DNA of 64,000 nucleotides from an uncultured virus (IMG/VR IMGVR_UViG_3300020122_000176) (taxonomy: Duplodnaviria > Heunggongvirae > Uroviricota > Caudoviricetes): IMG/VR virus record IMGVR_UViG_3300020122_000176; one strand, 5' to 3'. Both the position numbers and the translations under genes were made by a program. The notes below the pieces were generated by a model. That model saw only the letters and a program-made list of their open reading frames with translations, made no database searches and was not told the DNA's origin. How positions within the stretch are numbered: position 1 is the stretch's first letter; each line of letters starts with the position of its first letter. Of this stretch, positions 54,577 through 64,000 are shown piece by piece.

Positions 54577-56097
54577 TCAGGCGGCCTTGCGGGCCTGCTT
54601 CGATTCTTCCTCTTCACGCTTGCGCAGTTCGGGGTTCGAACGGCGGACCATGACGCGGGCGGACGTCTCGTTGAGCTTGCCCGAAGTATCCTTGGCCACG
54701 AGGTCGGCGGCCATCTTGTTGATCTGCTCGGTCGCGCTGCCGGTTGCGCCGGCGCCGCCACGGCCGTGTTCCTTGAACACGTCGCTCTGCTTGACCAGAA
54801 GATTGGCGCCCTTGAGCACGGTGGCGACGCGATCTGCGACCGCGGCACCCTTGGTGACGTTGAGCGCTGCGATGTCGTACAGCAGCTGGCCCAGTTCCTC
54901 GGCCTTGCCGACCAGCGTAAGATCGGCCTTGGCGAAGTCGGTGCGCTTGCGCACTTCGCTTTCCTCGGCGGCCTTGTTCAGCGCGACCTTGGAGGCGGAA
55001 AGCTCTGCCGCTGTGGCCTTGGCGAACTGGAAGCCGGCCTCGGTTCCGAAGTCCTTCTTGGTGAGCACGACGCCAGCATCGGAGCGGAACGCATCGCCCT
55101 TGGCGATCATCTTCTCCATGTCCTCGTCTTTGCCCTTGTCTTTCGCGTCTTCCTTGTCCTTCGCGTCCTGGAGCATTTTCTTTTTGTCTTCGGGGCTCAT
55201 GGCGGCGAACTTCGGCTGCGCATCCTTGTCGAGCTTGTCGTAGAAGACTTTCTCTTCGCCCGACATCTTCGCGATCACGCCGTCCAGCTTTGCGGCTTCG
55301 GCATTCGCGGTGAGTTTCGTGATGATCTCGGCTTCTGTCGCCGTCTCGGGAAGGCCCAAGGATTTCGCGATGGCTTTCATGGTCGAATCATCTCCCTTTG
55401 AGAGTTCTATACCCCCGAGCGAATTCAAACGAAAGCCCGCCTCGCTGAGAGCCTGCGCGACGAGCGCATTCTCGACGCCTTCGGGCACGATCGTTTTCAC
55501 GTGATCGGAGAACTGATTGAGGCTGTCAGTGATCGCGCTTCCCTTGTCGCTCACACTGTCATCGCCCTGGATAGACCAGATGGCAGAACCGAGGCTGCAC
55601 ACCGCCTCGTTCACTTCCTGCATAAGTCCCGAAACGGCCTCGCATTCTTCGGCTGAAGCCTGCGCCGTGTCGAAGTCGATGGCATCGCCAGAATACTTCG
55701 CAAGGCTCGCGTCTTTCGTGATGAAAAACTTCATCACCTCAACGCCGCTGTCGCGCTTCTCCCACGTGTCGGGCAGCATGTCTGTTGCGCCCAGAGCGCG
55801 CGCGCGGGTTTTGATGTGCGCTTTCGCTTTCGCCGGATTCTTTGCGCGGCCGATAGCACGGATGGCGTTCTCGAGGTCGCCCTTGTTGTCGATCGGAAAG
55901 CTGCCATCCGACATGGCGTGGCCGTTGGCAGCGCGTGCCTTGCGTTCGTCGGCGGTGAATTCGCGCTTGGTAACGCTGCTGGGATAGTTGCCGTCCTGCG
56001 TGCCGCGTTTGAACATCATAATGCGCGCGAGCTTGTTGGCGGGCAAGTCGACAGCGGACACTTCGTTGAGCTTCAGCTTGGTAAGCTGGCGCGCCAC
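54577..56097 (-). CDS. Scaffold-like protein with N-terminal protease C-fragment and DUF6582-like domain
   Basis: LKLNEVSAVDLPAN; DGSFPI...DLENAIRAIGRA; charged helical C-terminus. Confidence 0.75.
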   Translation of the reverse strand: MARQLTKLKLNEVSAVDLPANKLARIMMFKRGTQDGNYPSSVTKREFTADERKARAANGHAMSDGSFPIDNKGDLENAIRAIGRAKNPAKAKAHIKTRARALGATDMLPDTWEKRDSGVEVMKFFITKDASLAKYSGDAIDFDTAQASAEECEAVSGLMQEVNEAVCSLGSAIWSIQGDDSVSDKGSAITDSLNQFSDHVKTIVPEGVENALVAQALSEAGFRLNSLGGIELSKGDDSTMKAIAKSLGLPETATEAEIITKLTANAEAAKLDGVIAKMSGEEKVFYDKLDKDAQPKFAAMSPEDKKKMLQDAKDKEDAKDKGKDEDMEKMIAKGDAFRSDAGVVLTKKDFGTEAGFQFAKATAAELSASKVALNKAAEESEVRKRTDFAKADLTLVGKAEELGQLLYDIAALNVTKGAAVADRVATVLKGANLLVKQSDVFKEHGRGGAGATGSATEQINKMAADLVAKDTSGKLNETSARVMVRRSNPELRKREEEESKQARKAA

Positions 56098-56128
56098 TGG
56101 TCTGCACCCCACGGGATAGCGATGCCGC

Positions 56129-56359
56129 TTATCTCATTCGCCCGTCGCGAATGCAATCCCTCACGCGCTGGGCGGCAAGCTGCATCGCGCTCGCGTGGAG
56201 GACATCGATGACGTCGTTGACATGGATAGCTGGACGCGCAGTCACGCGAACGTCGGACCATCGATCCTGCGGCGCGATCCGTTCGATGCTCGGCGCGCGG
56301 CCGCTCAGCTGGTCCATCCGCTGCTTAATGGCGGCGTAGTCGAACACGGCTGCGGTCAT
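56129..56359 (-). CDS. Hypothetical protein
   Basis: ATGA overlap; VFDYAAI..RM. Confidence 0.45.
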   Translation of the reverse strand: MTAAVFDYAAIKQRMDQLSGRAPSIERIAPQDRWSDVRVTARPAIHVNDVIDVLHASAMQLAAQRVRDCIRDGRMR

Positions 56360-57591
56360 GTGCGCTTCTCCAGCCTGACGCCAGAGCCTCCGATGCTGAA
56401 GCCCGGGAACGTGCCGTCCTTCACCTTAGCAAACAACTCGGGCGTCACTTCGAAACCGACCCACGCCGGGACGATCTGATGCCCGTCCTTGTCCTTTAGC
56501 ACGATGCCGAGAACCTGCTGTTTTGCCTTGGTGAACACCATACATTCGATGCACTCGCCCAAGTGCTTTCCGTAGTCGGCATGCATCTCGCCCACGTTGC
56601 GCGCGTTCTTCACGAAGTCGTAGAACGCCTCCTCCAGATCCGCCTCGCTGGTCCAGTCGTCCTGCACGTCGACGAAGGGCTTGCCATCCTTCTCGCACAC
56701 CGACGCATAGCCAAAGATGCGGTTCTGATCCGGCTCGATCTTGCTGATCGGCACGCGCAATGTCATGCCCTTCAGCGCATTCGATCTGGGGCCAATGTTC
56801 TTCATGCGGACTTTGGCCGTCTCAGCGCCGTCGAGCCAAGCCGCAGCCAGGCGATGGTGACCGTCCGCGATGTAGTTTTTGCCGTTGTAGCGCACGACCG
56901 TGGGCAGATCAGCGACGCCGCCGCTGGCGCGGATAGAGTCGACCTTGGCTGGATCGATGCGGTTCTGCATGGCGTACAGTCCCGCCAGTGGGACTTCGGT
57001 TTCCTCGAGCGTGTCGGGATCCGTGAGCGCGCCGAAGAACCTTGGCACCTGATCGGGGCGAAGGTCGCCTAACGCATGCTGGTCGTACTGGAACGGCGTC
57101 TTCGCCGTGTTTGCATCGTGCGGCTGCAGATCCGCCTTGCGGATAGACCCTTCGTCGACGTTGCTGGCGATCCATTCGGCGGCTGCCTCACTAAGCCCGG
57201 CCACGTCGATCATCTTCGCCATCACGGCGGGCTTGTACTTGCGCTTCGGCCGTTTTGTGCCACCGGCGCCACCGGCGCTCGACACGTGCACATCGCCAAC
57301 GCCGGGATCGTCCTTGCTGACGGGATCGACTTCGTCGCCATCCAGGGTGACACGCAAGATGCGATCGGCACCATCGCCGTCGATGCCCGTGCGGGGATAG
57401 TTGCGCTTGTCGCCACCCTCTTCGCGGTCGGCCTCGAGCGAGAAGCTGTGGCCGACATCAGCGCGGCGCTTCACCTCGCGCATGAACTGCGCCAGAGGTT
57501 TTACGTGGTCGCCATCGTTCATCTCGATGGCCAGCACATGATCGGCCTTGGTCCCGTTCTTCGACTTAGCCAGCGCCGTCCTGAAATCCAT
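56356..57591 (-). CDS. XkdF-like prohead protease fused to a ParB/Srx-like domain
   Basis: YIADGHHRLAA; RIFGYAS...VDVQDD...GEMH...WVGFEV...VKDGTFPGFSIGG. Confidence 0.82.
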   Translation of the reverse strand: MDFRTALAKSKNGTKADHVLAIEMNDGDHVKPLAQFMREVKRRADVGHSFSLEADREEGGDKRNYPRTGIDGDGADRILRVTLDGDEVDPVSKDDPGVGDVHVSSAGGAGGTKRPKRKYKPAVMAKMIDVAGLSEAAAEWIASNVDEGSIRKADLQPHDANTAKTPFQYDQHALGDLRPDQVPRFFGALTDPDTLEETEVPLAGLYAMQNRIDPAKVDSIRASGGVADLPTVVRYNGKNYIADGHHRLAAAWLDGAETAKVRMKNIGPRSNALKGMTLRVPISKIEPDQNRIFGYASVCEKDGKPFVDVQDDWTSEADLEEAFYDFVKNARNVGEMHADYGKHLGECIECMVFTKAKQQVLGIVLKDKDGHQIVPAWVGFEVTPELFAKVKDGTFPGFSIGGSGVRLEKRT

Positions 57592-57792
57592 AGTCGTTGC
57601 TCCGTTTGGCTGCTAAGCCGGAACGCATGCCGCGAATCGCACCCGCATCTGAGGAAGACCGCGCGTTCCTCGAATTGTTTCTAGGCATACACCGAAAGCT
57701 GGAAGCACTGAAGCCAGTGTTTTCGAAGACCGCGCACCTGACCGCCATTCGCGCACTCCAAGCCACCGCCACCATGCTGGCGGCGGGCGCGA

Positions 57793-58851
57793 CTAGAAGG
57801 CCAGCAAGTACGTCGAGCAGCGGCATTGCGGATGAACTGGCGGTGCATCGACAGGCCCGACTGGGGTCACGAACGAGCCGCCCAAGGGCACGCCGTCAGG
57901 GTTCATCAACGGAATAGCCGCGCAGATGATGCAGAGCCTGTCGTCTGGCGTGACGAGCCAGCCTTGGCGAACGCTGGTGCGGCTGAGAAGACCGTCGTCT
58001 GCCGCCTGATTCCAGGCCATCTGCTTGCCGGCCTCGGCGGCGCGTATCGTCTCTGTGCGCGCGATGTTCTCAGCACGTGCGCTCAGCATGCGCTCGCCGT
58101 AGCGCTGGACCATCGTGTCGATCTGATCAGGGCTGAGCGTATCCACCGCGTCTTCGCCGAGTGTGCGTTGCAGCGTCAGGTCGAACCGCCTGTCGCGCAA
58201 TTCGCGGTCGAGCGCTCCTCGGTCGCCTGATTCCAGCAACGCCCGGAAGTTATCGACTGCGGCCGCCTGGTTCTCTGTGAGCCCAATGCTCTGGCGAATC
58301 AGCCGGGCTTGTTCGCGCGGATGGCCACCGAATTCGAGAGCGTTGGCCACGACCCCACGAATCGCCTCCCGGCTGTCGTCGGTGATCTGCTGGATTAGGC
58401 CCAGATCGTACTGCCGGATGAAGCGCACTACGTTCGGATTGGCGATATCGAAGCGCATCGCGAGTTCGCCTTCGACAGGAATGGTTTCGGCTGGCGCCTG
58501 GCGTCCGGCTGCGATCATCGTGTCCTCGAGCGCGGGCACGATCTGGGTGCGCACGGCGTCGGCGATCTGTGTATCAAGATCAAGCACTTCCATCACGGCG
58601 TCGACGTCGCCGGTGGCCAGCGCGTCCGCGATCTGCGCTTCCTTTGACGTGCCGCGTATCTTTTCGATGGCTCGGATGAATGCTTCGCGAATGGGCTCGG
58701 CAGCGCTATCCGCGAGATCGTGCAGCCATTTGTACTGCGTCTCAGGGTCCTCGCCAGCGGCCTTCTGCAGCGGCGTGCGCCAGGCCTTGGCGATCGGACG
58801 GATCTGCAGATCGTTGAACGTCCGGCGCCGCTTGATGCAGCCATCCATCAC
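57793..58851 (-). CDS. Head morphogenesis protein (Mu F/SPP1 gp7-like)
   Basis: RAENIARTE, W.VTPDDRLC..C, PPVHPQCRC. Confidence 0.9.
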   Translation of the reverse strand: MMDGCIKRRRTFNDLQIRPIAKAWRTPLQKAAGEDPETQYKWLHDLADSAAEPIREAFIRAIEKIRGTSKEAQIADALATGDVDAVMEVLDLDTQIADAVRTQIVPALEDTMIAAGRQAPAETIPVEGELAMRFDIANPNVVRFIRQYDLGLIQQITDDSREAIRGVVANALEFGGHPREQARLIRQSIGLTENQAAAVDNFRALLESGDRGALDRELRDRRFDLTLQRTLGEDAVDTLSPDQIDTMVQRYGERMLSARAENIARTETIRAAEAGKQMAWNQAADDGLLSRTSVRQGWLVTPDDRLCIICAAIPLMNPDGVPLGGSFVTPVGPVDAPPVHPQCRCSTYLLAF

Positions 58852-60344
58852 CGCGGGATTCTCCAGGCGCGCTTCCAGAGCGGCACGCGGCGCTTGCCCA
58901 TCGTCTGCAAGCTGCCGGCCCGAAGCGGCGTGTCGCTGGCCGTGCCGTCGTCGCCTTGACCCTGCGCTTGGTTAGGCGAACTCGAGGTCGTGCCCGAGGC
59001 GTCGTCGTCGCTGCCCTCGCCACCCTCGCCGCCCGTCGCCAAGTCGTCCTTCGTTTCGCCGAGGATCGGCGGCAACCCGATCTCATCGCGCACGCTGGCT
59101 TCGGTGTCGGCGCTCGGCGTCAGCATGCCGACCGAGGTGACGGCGTTGATCGCCTGCGCGAAGGCGAGAATATCCTTCTCTGTGATCTCGCCGTGCCGCA
59201 TCTGACACTTGCCTTCCATCTGGTTGAGCGTCAGCAGATCGGGGATGGCTTTGCGATTGAACATGTTCGAAATCATGTCGAGGATCGAGATCACCGCGAC
59301 CTTGTAGAGGTCCATCTTATTCTTGCTCTGCATGGACGAGCCGCGTCCACTGGCGGCGCTCGTGCCGGTGCCCAGCGTGATGAAGTCGGCAAGCCAGGTG
59401 ACCGTGATGCGGTGATCGTAACGGTCGACCACCTGGCTGGTGTCGATCTGCCGGCGACCGCCAGTCGTGAGCAGCGACAGCTTGTAGATTTCATTCTTGG
59501 CGTCGTCGTAGGCGAGCGGGAAGACGATGCCTTCCTGATCGCCGCGCATGGTGTCGCGCACGACCGATTTGAAGAACTCAAGCTGCGCTTTGTCGCTGTC
59601 GCTGGCGTCCTTCATGAGCAATCGCGCAGGCACTTGCGCCATGGGCATGCCGCAAAGGTCGCGCTCGATGCCGATGGCTTCGATCTGTTCGATGTTCTTT
59701 TTGCGATAGTACGGCACGTAAGCGTTGCGCAGCATCGACACGCCTTCGGGATTGTTCTTCAAAAGGCGTGTCTTGAAATGCAGGCTCTTGGCCAGCGGCA
59801 CGCGTAGAAGTGGCCCACCTGTTGGCAGCAGCTGGATCAGCGCTGTCGGATCGCCGCTTTCATCGAACTCCCAGTGCAGCAGAGTCTCTTGCGCGCGGCT
59901 TGCGAACTTGCGCCAGCCAATCATGCCGTCGTCGTATTTGGAATTCGTGACCGGGTCGCTGGTGTTGCCTTGGCGCCGCTTATAGACGATCTCGTGCACG
60001 CTCCAACCGTACTGCATGAACGTGAGAATCTCGGTCATGAGTTCGGGCCACGACTGCTCCAGATCAGCAATGCACGACTCGATAAATTGGCTGGCTTCGA
60101 TGTCTTCTTGCGCCTCCGATGCCGGTTCAATCGTGAAGTCGACGCCAAGCAGCAGGCGCTCCGTGCCGAAGAACATGCCGCCGATGACGGGGTCGTTGTC
60201 CCGCATCTCGCGGTACATGCGCACGCCGCGCCAGCCGATGAGGTCGCGCAGAAACTCTTCACGCACGTAGCCCGAGAAGGCGCGAAGGCCAGTGGCACCA
60301 AGCTGGATGAAAGGCCTGTCGAGGGCTTCGTTCTTCTTGGCCAC
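58848..60344 (-). CDS. Portal protein (DUF935/Mu gp29-like)
   Basis: YREMRDNDP, YGWSVHEIVY, NPEGVSMLRNAY, IGIERDL.GMP. Confidence 0.9.
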   Translation of the reverse strand: MAKKNEALDRPFIQLGATGLRAFSGYVREEFLRDLIGWRGVRMYREMRDNDPVIGGMFFGTERLLLGVDFTIEPASEAQEDIEASQFIESCIADLEQSWPELMTEILTFMQYGWSVHEIVYKRRQGNTSDPVTNSKYDDGMIGWRKFASRAQETLLHWEFDESGDPTALIQLLPTGGPLLRVPLAKSLHFKTRLLKNNPEGVSMLRNAYVPYYRKKNIEQIEAIGIERDLCGMPMAQVPARLLMKDASDSDKAQLEFFKSVVRDTMRGDQEGIVFPLAYDDAKNEIYKLSLLTTGGRRQIDTSQVVDRYDHRITVTWLADFITLGTGTSAASGRGSSMQSKNKMDLYKVAVISILDMISNMFNRKAIPDLLTLNQMEGKCQMRHGEITEKDILAFAQAINAVTSVGMLTPSADTEASVRDEIGLPPILGETKDDLATGGEGGEGSDDDASGTTSSSPNQAQGQGDDGTASDTPLRAGSLQTMGKRRVPLWKRAWRIPR

Positions 60345-60359
60345 GTCGCTACCCCTGAA

Positions 60360-61937
60360 TCAACCGATCTGGTGAGGATTAACACGTTTCATGCTGATGC
60401 CACTAAAGTCCAGTTCCAGAATCTCGGACTCGGCCAATTCCGAGAAAGCGCCAGCGGCGGCGTCGACCTGGTCGTCATGGCCGAGCGGGAAGTTGCACAG
60501 TTCTTCGATGAACGCCTCGTTCCAAGAGCCAGCGACGAGAAAGACGTTGCCGGCCTCGCATTGGGCAGCGAAGGGCTCGGCGCGCGTGTCCTTCTGGCCT
60601 GTCTCACGCTCGGAGCGGGCGTCGAAGCCAGCCAGCATCGCGATCATGTTCTGCGCCTGGTCCTTGCCTGCTTGGCCCGGATCCTGCGGCAGCTTGATGC
60701 GCACGTCTTTGCCGTCTGCAACGGCTGTGGCCTTGATGTTCGTGCGCACGGCATTGGCGCTGTCGCGAAACCGCGTGACATCCTCAACGTAGAAGCGCCG
60801 CTCGATAACTGCCATCTTCACGCCGACCGTCCAGTCGGGATCAGTGCCAGCCTTCGGTAACGACGCCGCCAAGTCCCAGCGACGCACGCGCCGGGCATAT
60901 GGATTGTTCTCTGGCGCGCGTTTCACGATCTTGAACCAGTGGCGCTTGAACATGCCGCCTTCGCGTGGCGCTGGGCGCTGCTGGTACTGACCGGCATAGG
61001 CGTAACTCGTCAGCGTTTTCTTGGTGGCCTCAAGCACGGCGCGCGGCACCATCTCTGCGAACAGAAGATCGCCGTCCTTGGTGCGCGGGTCGCGAAAGCC
61101 GATCGATGTCGAGCAACGCCGATCGCTTTCGAACTCCATGGGCAGGATCAGCTTCTCATAAGGCAGCCCAAGCTCATCGATGATGCCGCACAGATCGCCT
61201 TTGTGCAGCCGGTGCATGATCACGATGATGGCGTCGGTGCGCGGATCATTGAGGCGGCTGGGAACCGACTCGCGGAAGATGCGCGCCGCCCTGGCACGGT
61301 CGGCATCGGACTCGGCGGTCTCTGTCGAATGCGGATCGTCGATGATCACGCGGTTTCCGCGCCCGCCAGTCAGCGATCCAAACGGCTTTGCTTCGCGCCC
61401 GCCGCGCTCGGTGTTTTCGAACGACGTCTCGCCCACGCGCACCAGCTGGACGGGCCAGCGCGCCTGATACCATTCCGACAGCACGAGATCGCGCATTTTG
61501 CGGGCGTCGCGCTTGGCATAATCCTCGTTGTAGCTCGTGGTGAGATAGCGCAAGCCCGCGCGGCCCAGCGGTCCCCATTCCCACGCTTCCCACATCACGC
61601 TGGCGATCAGAGACTTCATGCAGCCGGGCGGCTCGTTGATCTGCAGCCGGGTGATATGCCCGGCGCTGACGGCTTCGAGATGCTGGCAGACGGCGTCGAT
61701 GTGCCAACCGTCGACGAACTTGGTCACGGGCTCCAGGATGTGCCACGCGCGGCGCACGAACTCATGCAGCCGGCCGCAGGCGGCGCGGTCCTCTGCGATG
61801 CGATCCGATTCTGGACCTGTGCTCAGGATCTGCAGTTCCTCGCGCGCAGCTGCGGCCGCGACCTCAGCTTCGACACGCGCGATTTCCCTGTCCAAGAGGC
61901 TGTTCCAGTTTCGCCTATTGGTCGGATTCGCCAGCAT
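60360..61937 (-). CDS. terL: Terminase large subunit
   Basis: INEPPGCMKS, IIDDPH, MHRLH, WDLA, HDDQVDA. Confidence 0.95.
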   Translation of the reverse strand: MLANPTNRRNWNSLLDREIARVEAEVAAAAAREELQILSTGPESDRIAEDRAACGRLHEFVRRAWHILEPVTKFVDGWHIDAVCQHLEAVSAGHITRLQINEPPGCMKSLIASVMWEAWEWGPLGRAGLRYLTTSYNEDYAKRDARKMRDLVLSEWYQARWPVQLVRVGETSFENTERGGREAKPFGSLTGGRGNRVIIDDPHSTETAESDADRARAARIFRESVPSRLNDPRTDAIIVIMHRLHKGDLCGIIDELGLPYEKLILPMEFESDRRCSTSIGFRDPRTKDGDLLFAEMVPRAVLEATKKTLTSYAYAGQYQQRPAPREGGMFKRHWFKIVKRAPENNPYARRVRRWDLAASLPKAGTDPDWTVGVKMAVIERRFYVEDVTRFRDSANAVRTNIKATAVADGKDVRIKLPQDPGQAGKDQAQNMIAMLAGFDARSERETGQKDTRAEPFAAQCEAGNVFLVAGSWNEAFIEELCNFPLGHDDQVDAAAGAFSELAESEILELDFSGISMKRVNPHQIG

Positions 61938-62502
61938 CGCCCGCAGCGCGGGCGGCGCGGAGAGCGTCGAGGTTGCCGCCGAACGATTTGATGATGGCTT
62001 CGATGTCTGCGACTTCAAGCGTGGTCCTGTCCTTCCATCCCATCTTCGCCTTGCTGAACCAGATGCCGGCGACTGTGCTCGGCTCCTTGATCCAGCCGAT
62101 CTGCGTCTTGCCGTCCGCACTCATCTGCGGGATCCCGACTGCCTGGTCATAGAGACTCTTGCCGACATTGAAATGCGTCTTCGCGATGCCGGTGTCCAGT
62201 TCCTCGCGGAAGTGCTTGCGCAGCGTGTGGGCGTCGATCGGCATGCCAGTGCGCTCGTTGATGATCAGCTTGGCCAGCAGCACTTGCTTCAGCCCGAAGC
62301 CAGCGGCGGCGGTGACGATTCGGCGCTGCTCTGGCGTGGGCTTGAAGGGCGACATTCCGCGCTTGCGCTTTGGCTTCTGGCTTGGCTTGCGCTTTTTGCG
62401 CCTCTTGGGCTTCGACCTAGGCAGCGGCGCTGGTGCGACAGGCTTGGCTGGCTCTGGCGCTGGCGGGGCTGGAGTGGGCTCTTTTGGCGGCGTTTTGGCC
62501 AT
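61915..62502 (-). CDS. terS: Terminase small subunit
   Basis: TLRKHFREEL..G, SLYDQA, AGIWFSKAKMGWKD; upstream of TerL. Confidence 0.85.
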   Translation of the reverse strand: MAKTPPKEPTPAPPAPEPAKPVAPAPLPRSKPKRRKKRKPSQKPKRKRGMSPFKPTPEQRRIVTAAAGFGLKQVLLAKLIINERTGMPIDAHTLRKHFREELDTGIAKTHFNVGKSLYDQAVGIPQMSADGKTQIGWIKEPSTVAGIWFSKAKMGWKDRTTLEVADIEAIIKSFGGNLDALRAARAAGDAGESDQ

Positions 62503-62510
62503 GGCGGAGC

Positions 62511-62584
62511 TTTACTACCAGAAAAGCTAAGACCCGCCTAGACTTAGCCGCCCACTTGCGCTTTTCTACAAGAAAACTATATCT
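62511..62584. promoter_or_regulatory. Operator-like 15-mers and plus-strand promoter candidate
   Basis: TTTACTACCAGAAAA 62511 and TTTTCTACAAGAAAA 62562, matching the sites at 9838/9858; TTGCGC-16-TATATC. Confidence 0.55.
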
Positions 62585-62610
62585 TGCGCACGATTTGAGA
62601 GGACCAACGC

Positions 62611-63250
62611 ATGGACATTCTGCAAAAGCTTCGGCACACGCGGCCTTGGACGGGCGAGTCCGTCTGGGAGACGATGCGTGCGGCCGCCGACGAGATCGAA
62701 CAGCTGCGCGCCGAGCGCGCGAAGATGCTCACGCAGTTGCAGACTGCTCTGAGCCTGCTGGGTGGCGAACCGGATGACCATGCCGAGGTCGACGAGTATA
62801 TCGAACAGGCCAAGTTCATCGAGGAGGCTGGCGACACACTCAAGCGCCATGGCGTGCAATGAGCGATGGAGCAAAATGGAATTTGGCTGCGGCGCTGTTG
62901 ATTATCATTCTAATGATCACGGTCTACAATCTCGCAAAACCAGTGAGCTACGAGGACCTCGCCAAAATCTATGCAGCCAGATGCGTGTCCAATAAGGCAG
63001 ACGGCAACTGGGTCGGATCGATGGGCATCAGCCTAGAGAAGTTTTGCAAAGGCGCTGGCGATCTGCAGGCATTGCAGGAAGAGCGCCGAGATCATCCAGA
63101 GGACTTTTAGCCATGGCGACACAGATCATCGAATATCTGCACTTGCAGAATGCTGATCCGACTGTGCTGCGCGTAGTGTTTGGTCTCGTGCTGCTCTACT
63201 GCGTGGTGGGCTTGCCGCTAGCATTGCTGCAGCGGAAGTCGCGCCGTTAG
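62611..63250 (+). CDS. Three small ORFs (62611-62862, 62859-63110, 63113-63250), moron-like
   Basis: GAGGA RBS, ATGA coupling, opposite strand to the late operon. Confidence 0.6.
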
Positions 63251-63456
63251 AAACCGGTGTGGCCGCCGCTTAGACCGCCGCCGAGTGCGTAATCTGCTAC
63301 GGCGAAGATGCACGCTAGGACAATGATCACGTAGACGATCGTGCGGAACGGCTCGATCACGTTGAGCGCGGCGAGGATTTTTCCAGCGGCCCAGACGACG
63401 GCGCACGCAAGCCCGATCAGCACGAGCAAGATGAAGATGAAATGGAAGTTGATCAT
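63247..63456 (-). CDS. Small two-TM membrane protein
   Basis: Hydrophobic helices flanking IEPFRTIV; GGAGG RBS. Confidence 0.65.
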   Translation of the reverse strand: MINFHFIFILLVLIGLACAVVWAAGKILAALNVIEPFRTIVYVIIVLACIFAVADYALGGGLSGGHTGF

Positions 63457-63709
63457 GGCTTCCCTCCGCGGACGCTAGGCTCGGCCTCGACACGGCTTGC
63501 GGCCACCTGTCGTCGACAACAGACAACGCCAAAGCCGAGCCCCGAGTTCCGTATAGTCCGAATTGCTTGATCGGGAAAGTGGCGGGTGTGCGCGAATTAC
63601 AGCATGGCCTTCGGAAGGTCGTGTCCGGTCGTGACCGCATCGATCCGCGCTTGGTTTACCGGGGCTGGCCCGCCGTTACCCTCATGTCAGGTCACGACGG
63701 CGCGTTCTG

Positions 63710-64000
63710 TCACTTTTTGCGCTTCTTCGCCAGCGACTCGAGCGTGGCGCCATCCGCGCGGGTGGCCACGTGGCTGGTGAATTTTTCCCACCGCTCGATC
63801 GTCAGTTGCGCGTACGCCGGATCAATTTCGATGCCGATGCAGCGCCGCGATTCCATCTCGCAGCTGACGAGAGTGGTGCCAGAACCGAGGAACGGATCAT
63901 AAATCCAATCGCCTTTTTTGCTGTTGTTGATGATAGGGCGGCGCATGCATTCGATCGGCTTCTGCGTGCTGTGGCCGGTTTCTGACTTCGCATGAGTGAT
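63710..64000 (-). CDS. N6/N4 DNA methyltransferase, C-terminal part
   Basis: HSTQKP, YDPFLGSGTT, GIEIDPAY; 5' end outside the window. Confidence 0.92.
   Translation of the reverse strand: MTHAKSETGHSTQKPIECMRRPIINNSKKGDWIYDPFLGSGTTLVSCEMESRRCIGIEIDPAYAQLTIERWEKFTSHVATRADGATLESLAKKRKK

Larger units (their letters stand above)
1..64000. mobile_element. Tailed phage/prophage genome segment (siphovirus-like, GTA-like tail tip), both ends open
   Basis: Complete terminase-portal-head-neck-tail-lysis order plus a replication module; no host housekeeping genes seen. Confidence 0.95.

Overview
The window is almost entirely one GC-rich tailed-phage or prophage genome segment. The host is probably an alphaproteobacterium, because it encodes GcrA- and GapR-like proteins and an RcGTA-like tail tip. 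From left to right it contains: (1) a minus-strand replication/early operon (KTSC protein, O-like initiator with iterons, DnaB, MT-A70 methyltransferase, GcrA, RusA, GapR-like, Cro-like HTH), interrupted by a complete IS1595-family element with passenger genes (5601-8086, 8-bp target duplication); (2) a divergent plus-strand early operon (putative strand-annealing protein, HTH proteins, acyl carrier protein, HerA-like ATPase, cold-shock protein); (3) an accessory region (deleted methyltransferase remnant, degenerate resolvase-like gene, candidate ~90-nt anti-Shine-Dalgarno sRNA, GT2-sulfotransferase fusion, papain-like peptidase); (4) a long minus-strand late operon running from the terminase through head, neck and tail genes to lysis. 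The most striking feature is a block of about 9 glycan-type enzymes (6 glycosyltransferase-like, 3 methyltransferases) inserted between the tail terminator and the major tail protein. It is co-oriented with many Ser/Thr-rich accessory virion proteins, including a LamG protein with ~33 copies of a 14-aa His repeat. Together these suggest a complex methylated, possibly sulfated, virion-glycosylation system. No integrase, clear CI repressor, tRNA or CRISPR array was seen. All family assignments come from motif recognition by eye, not database searches.
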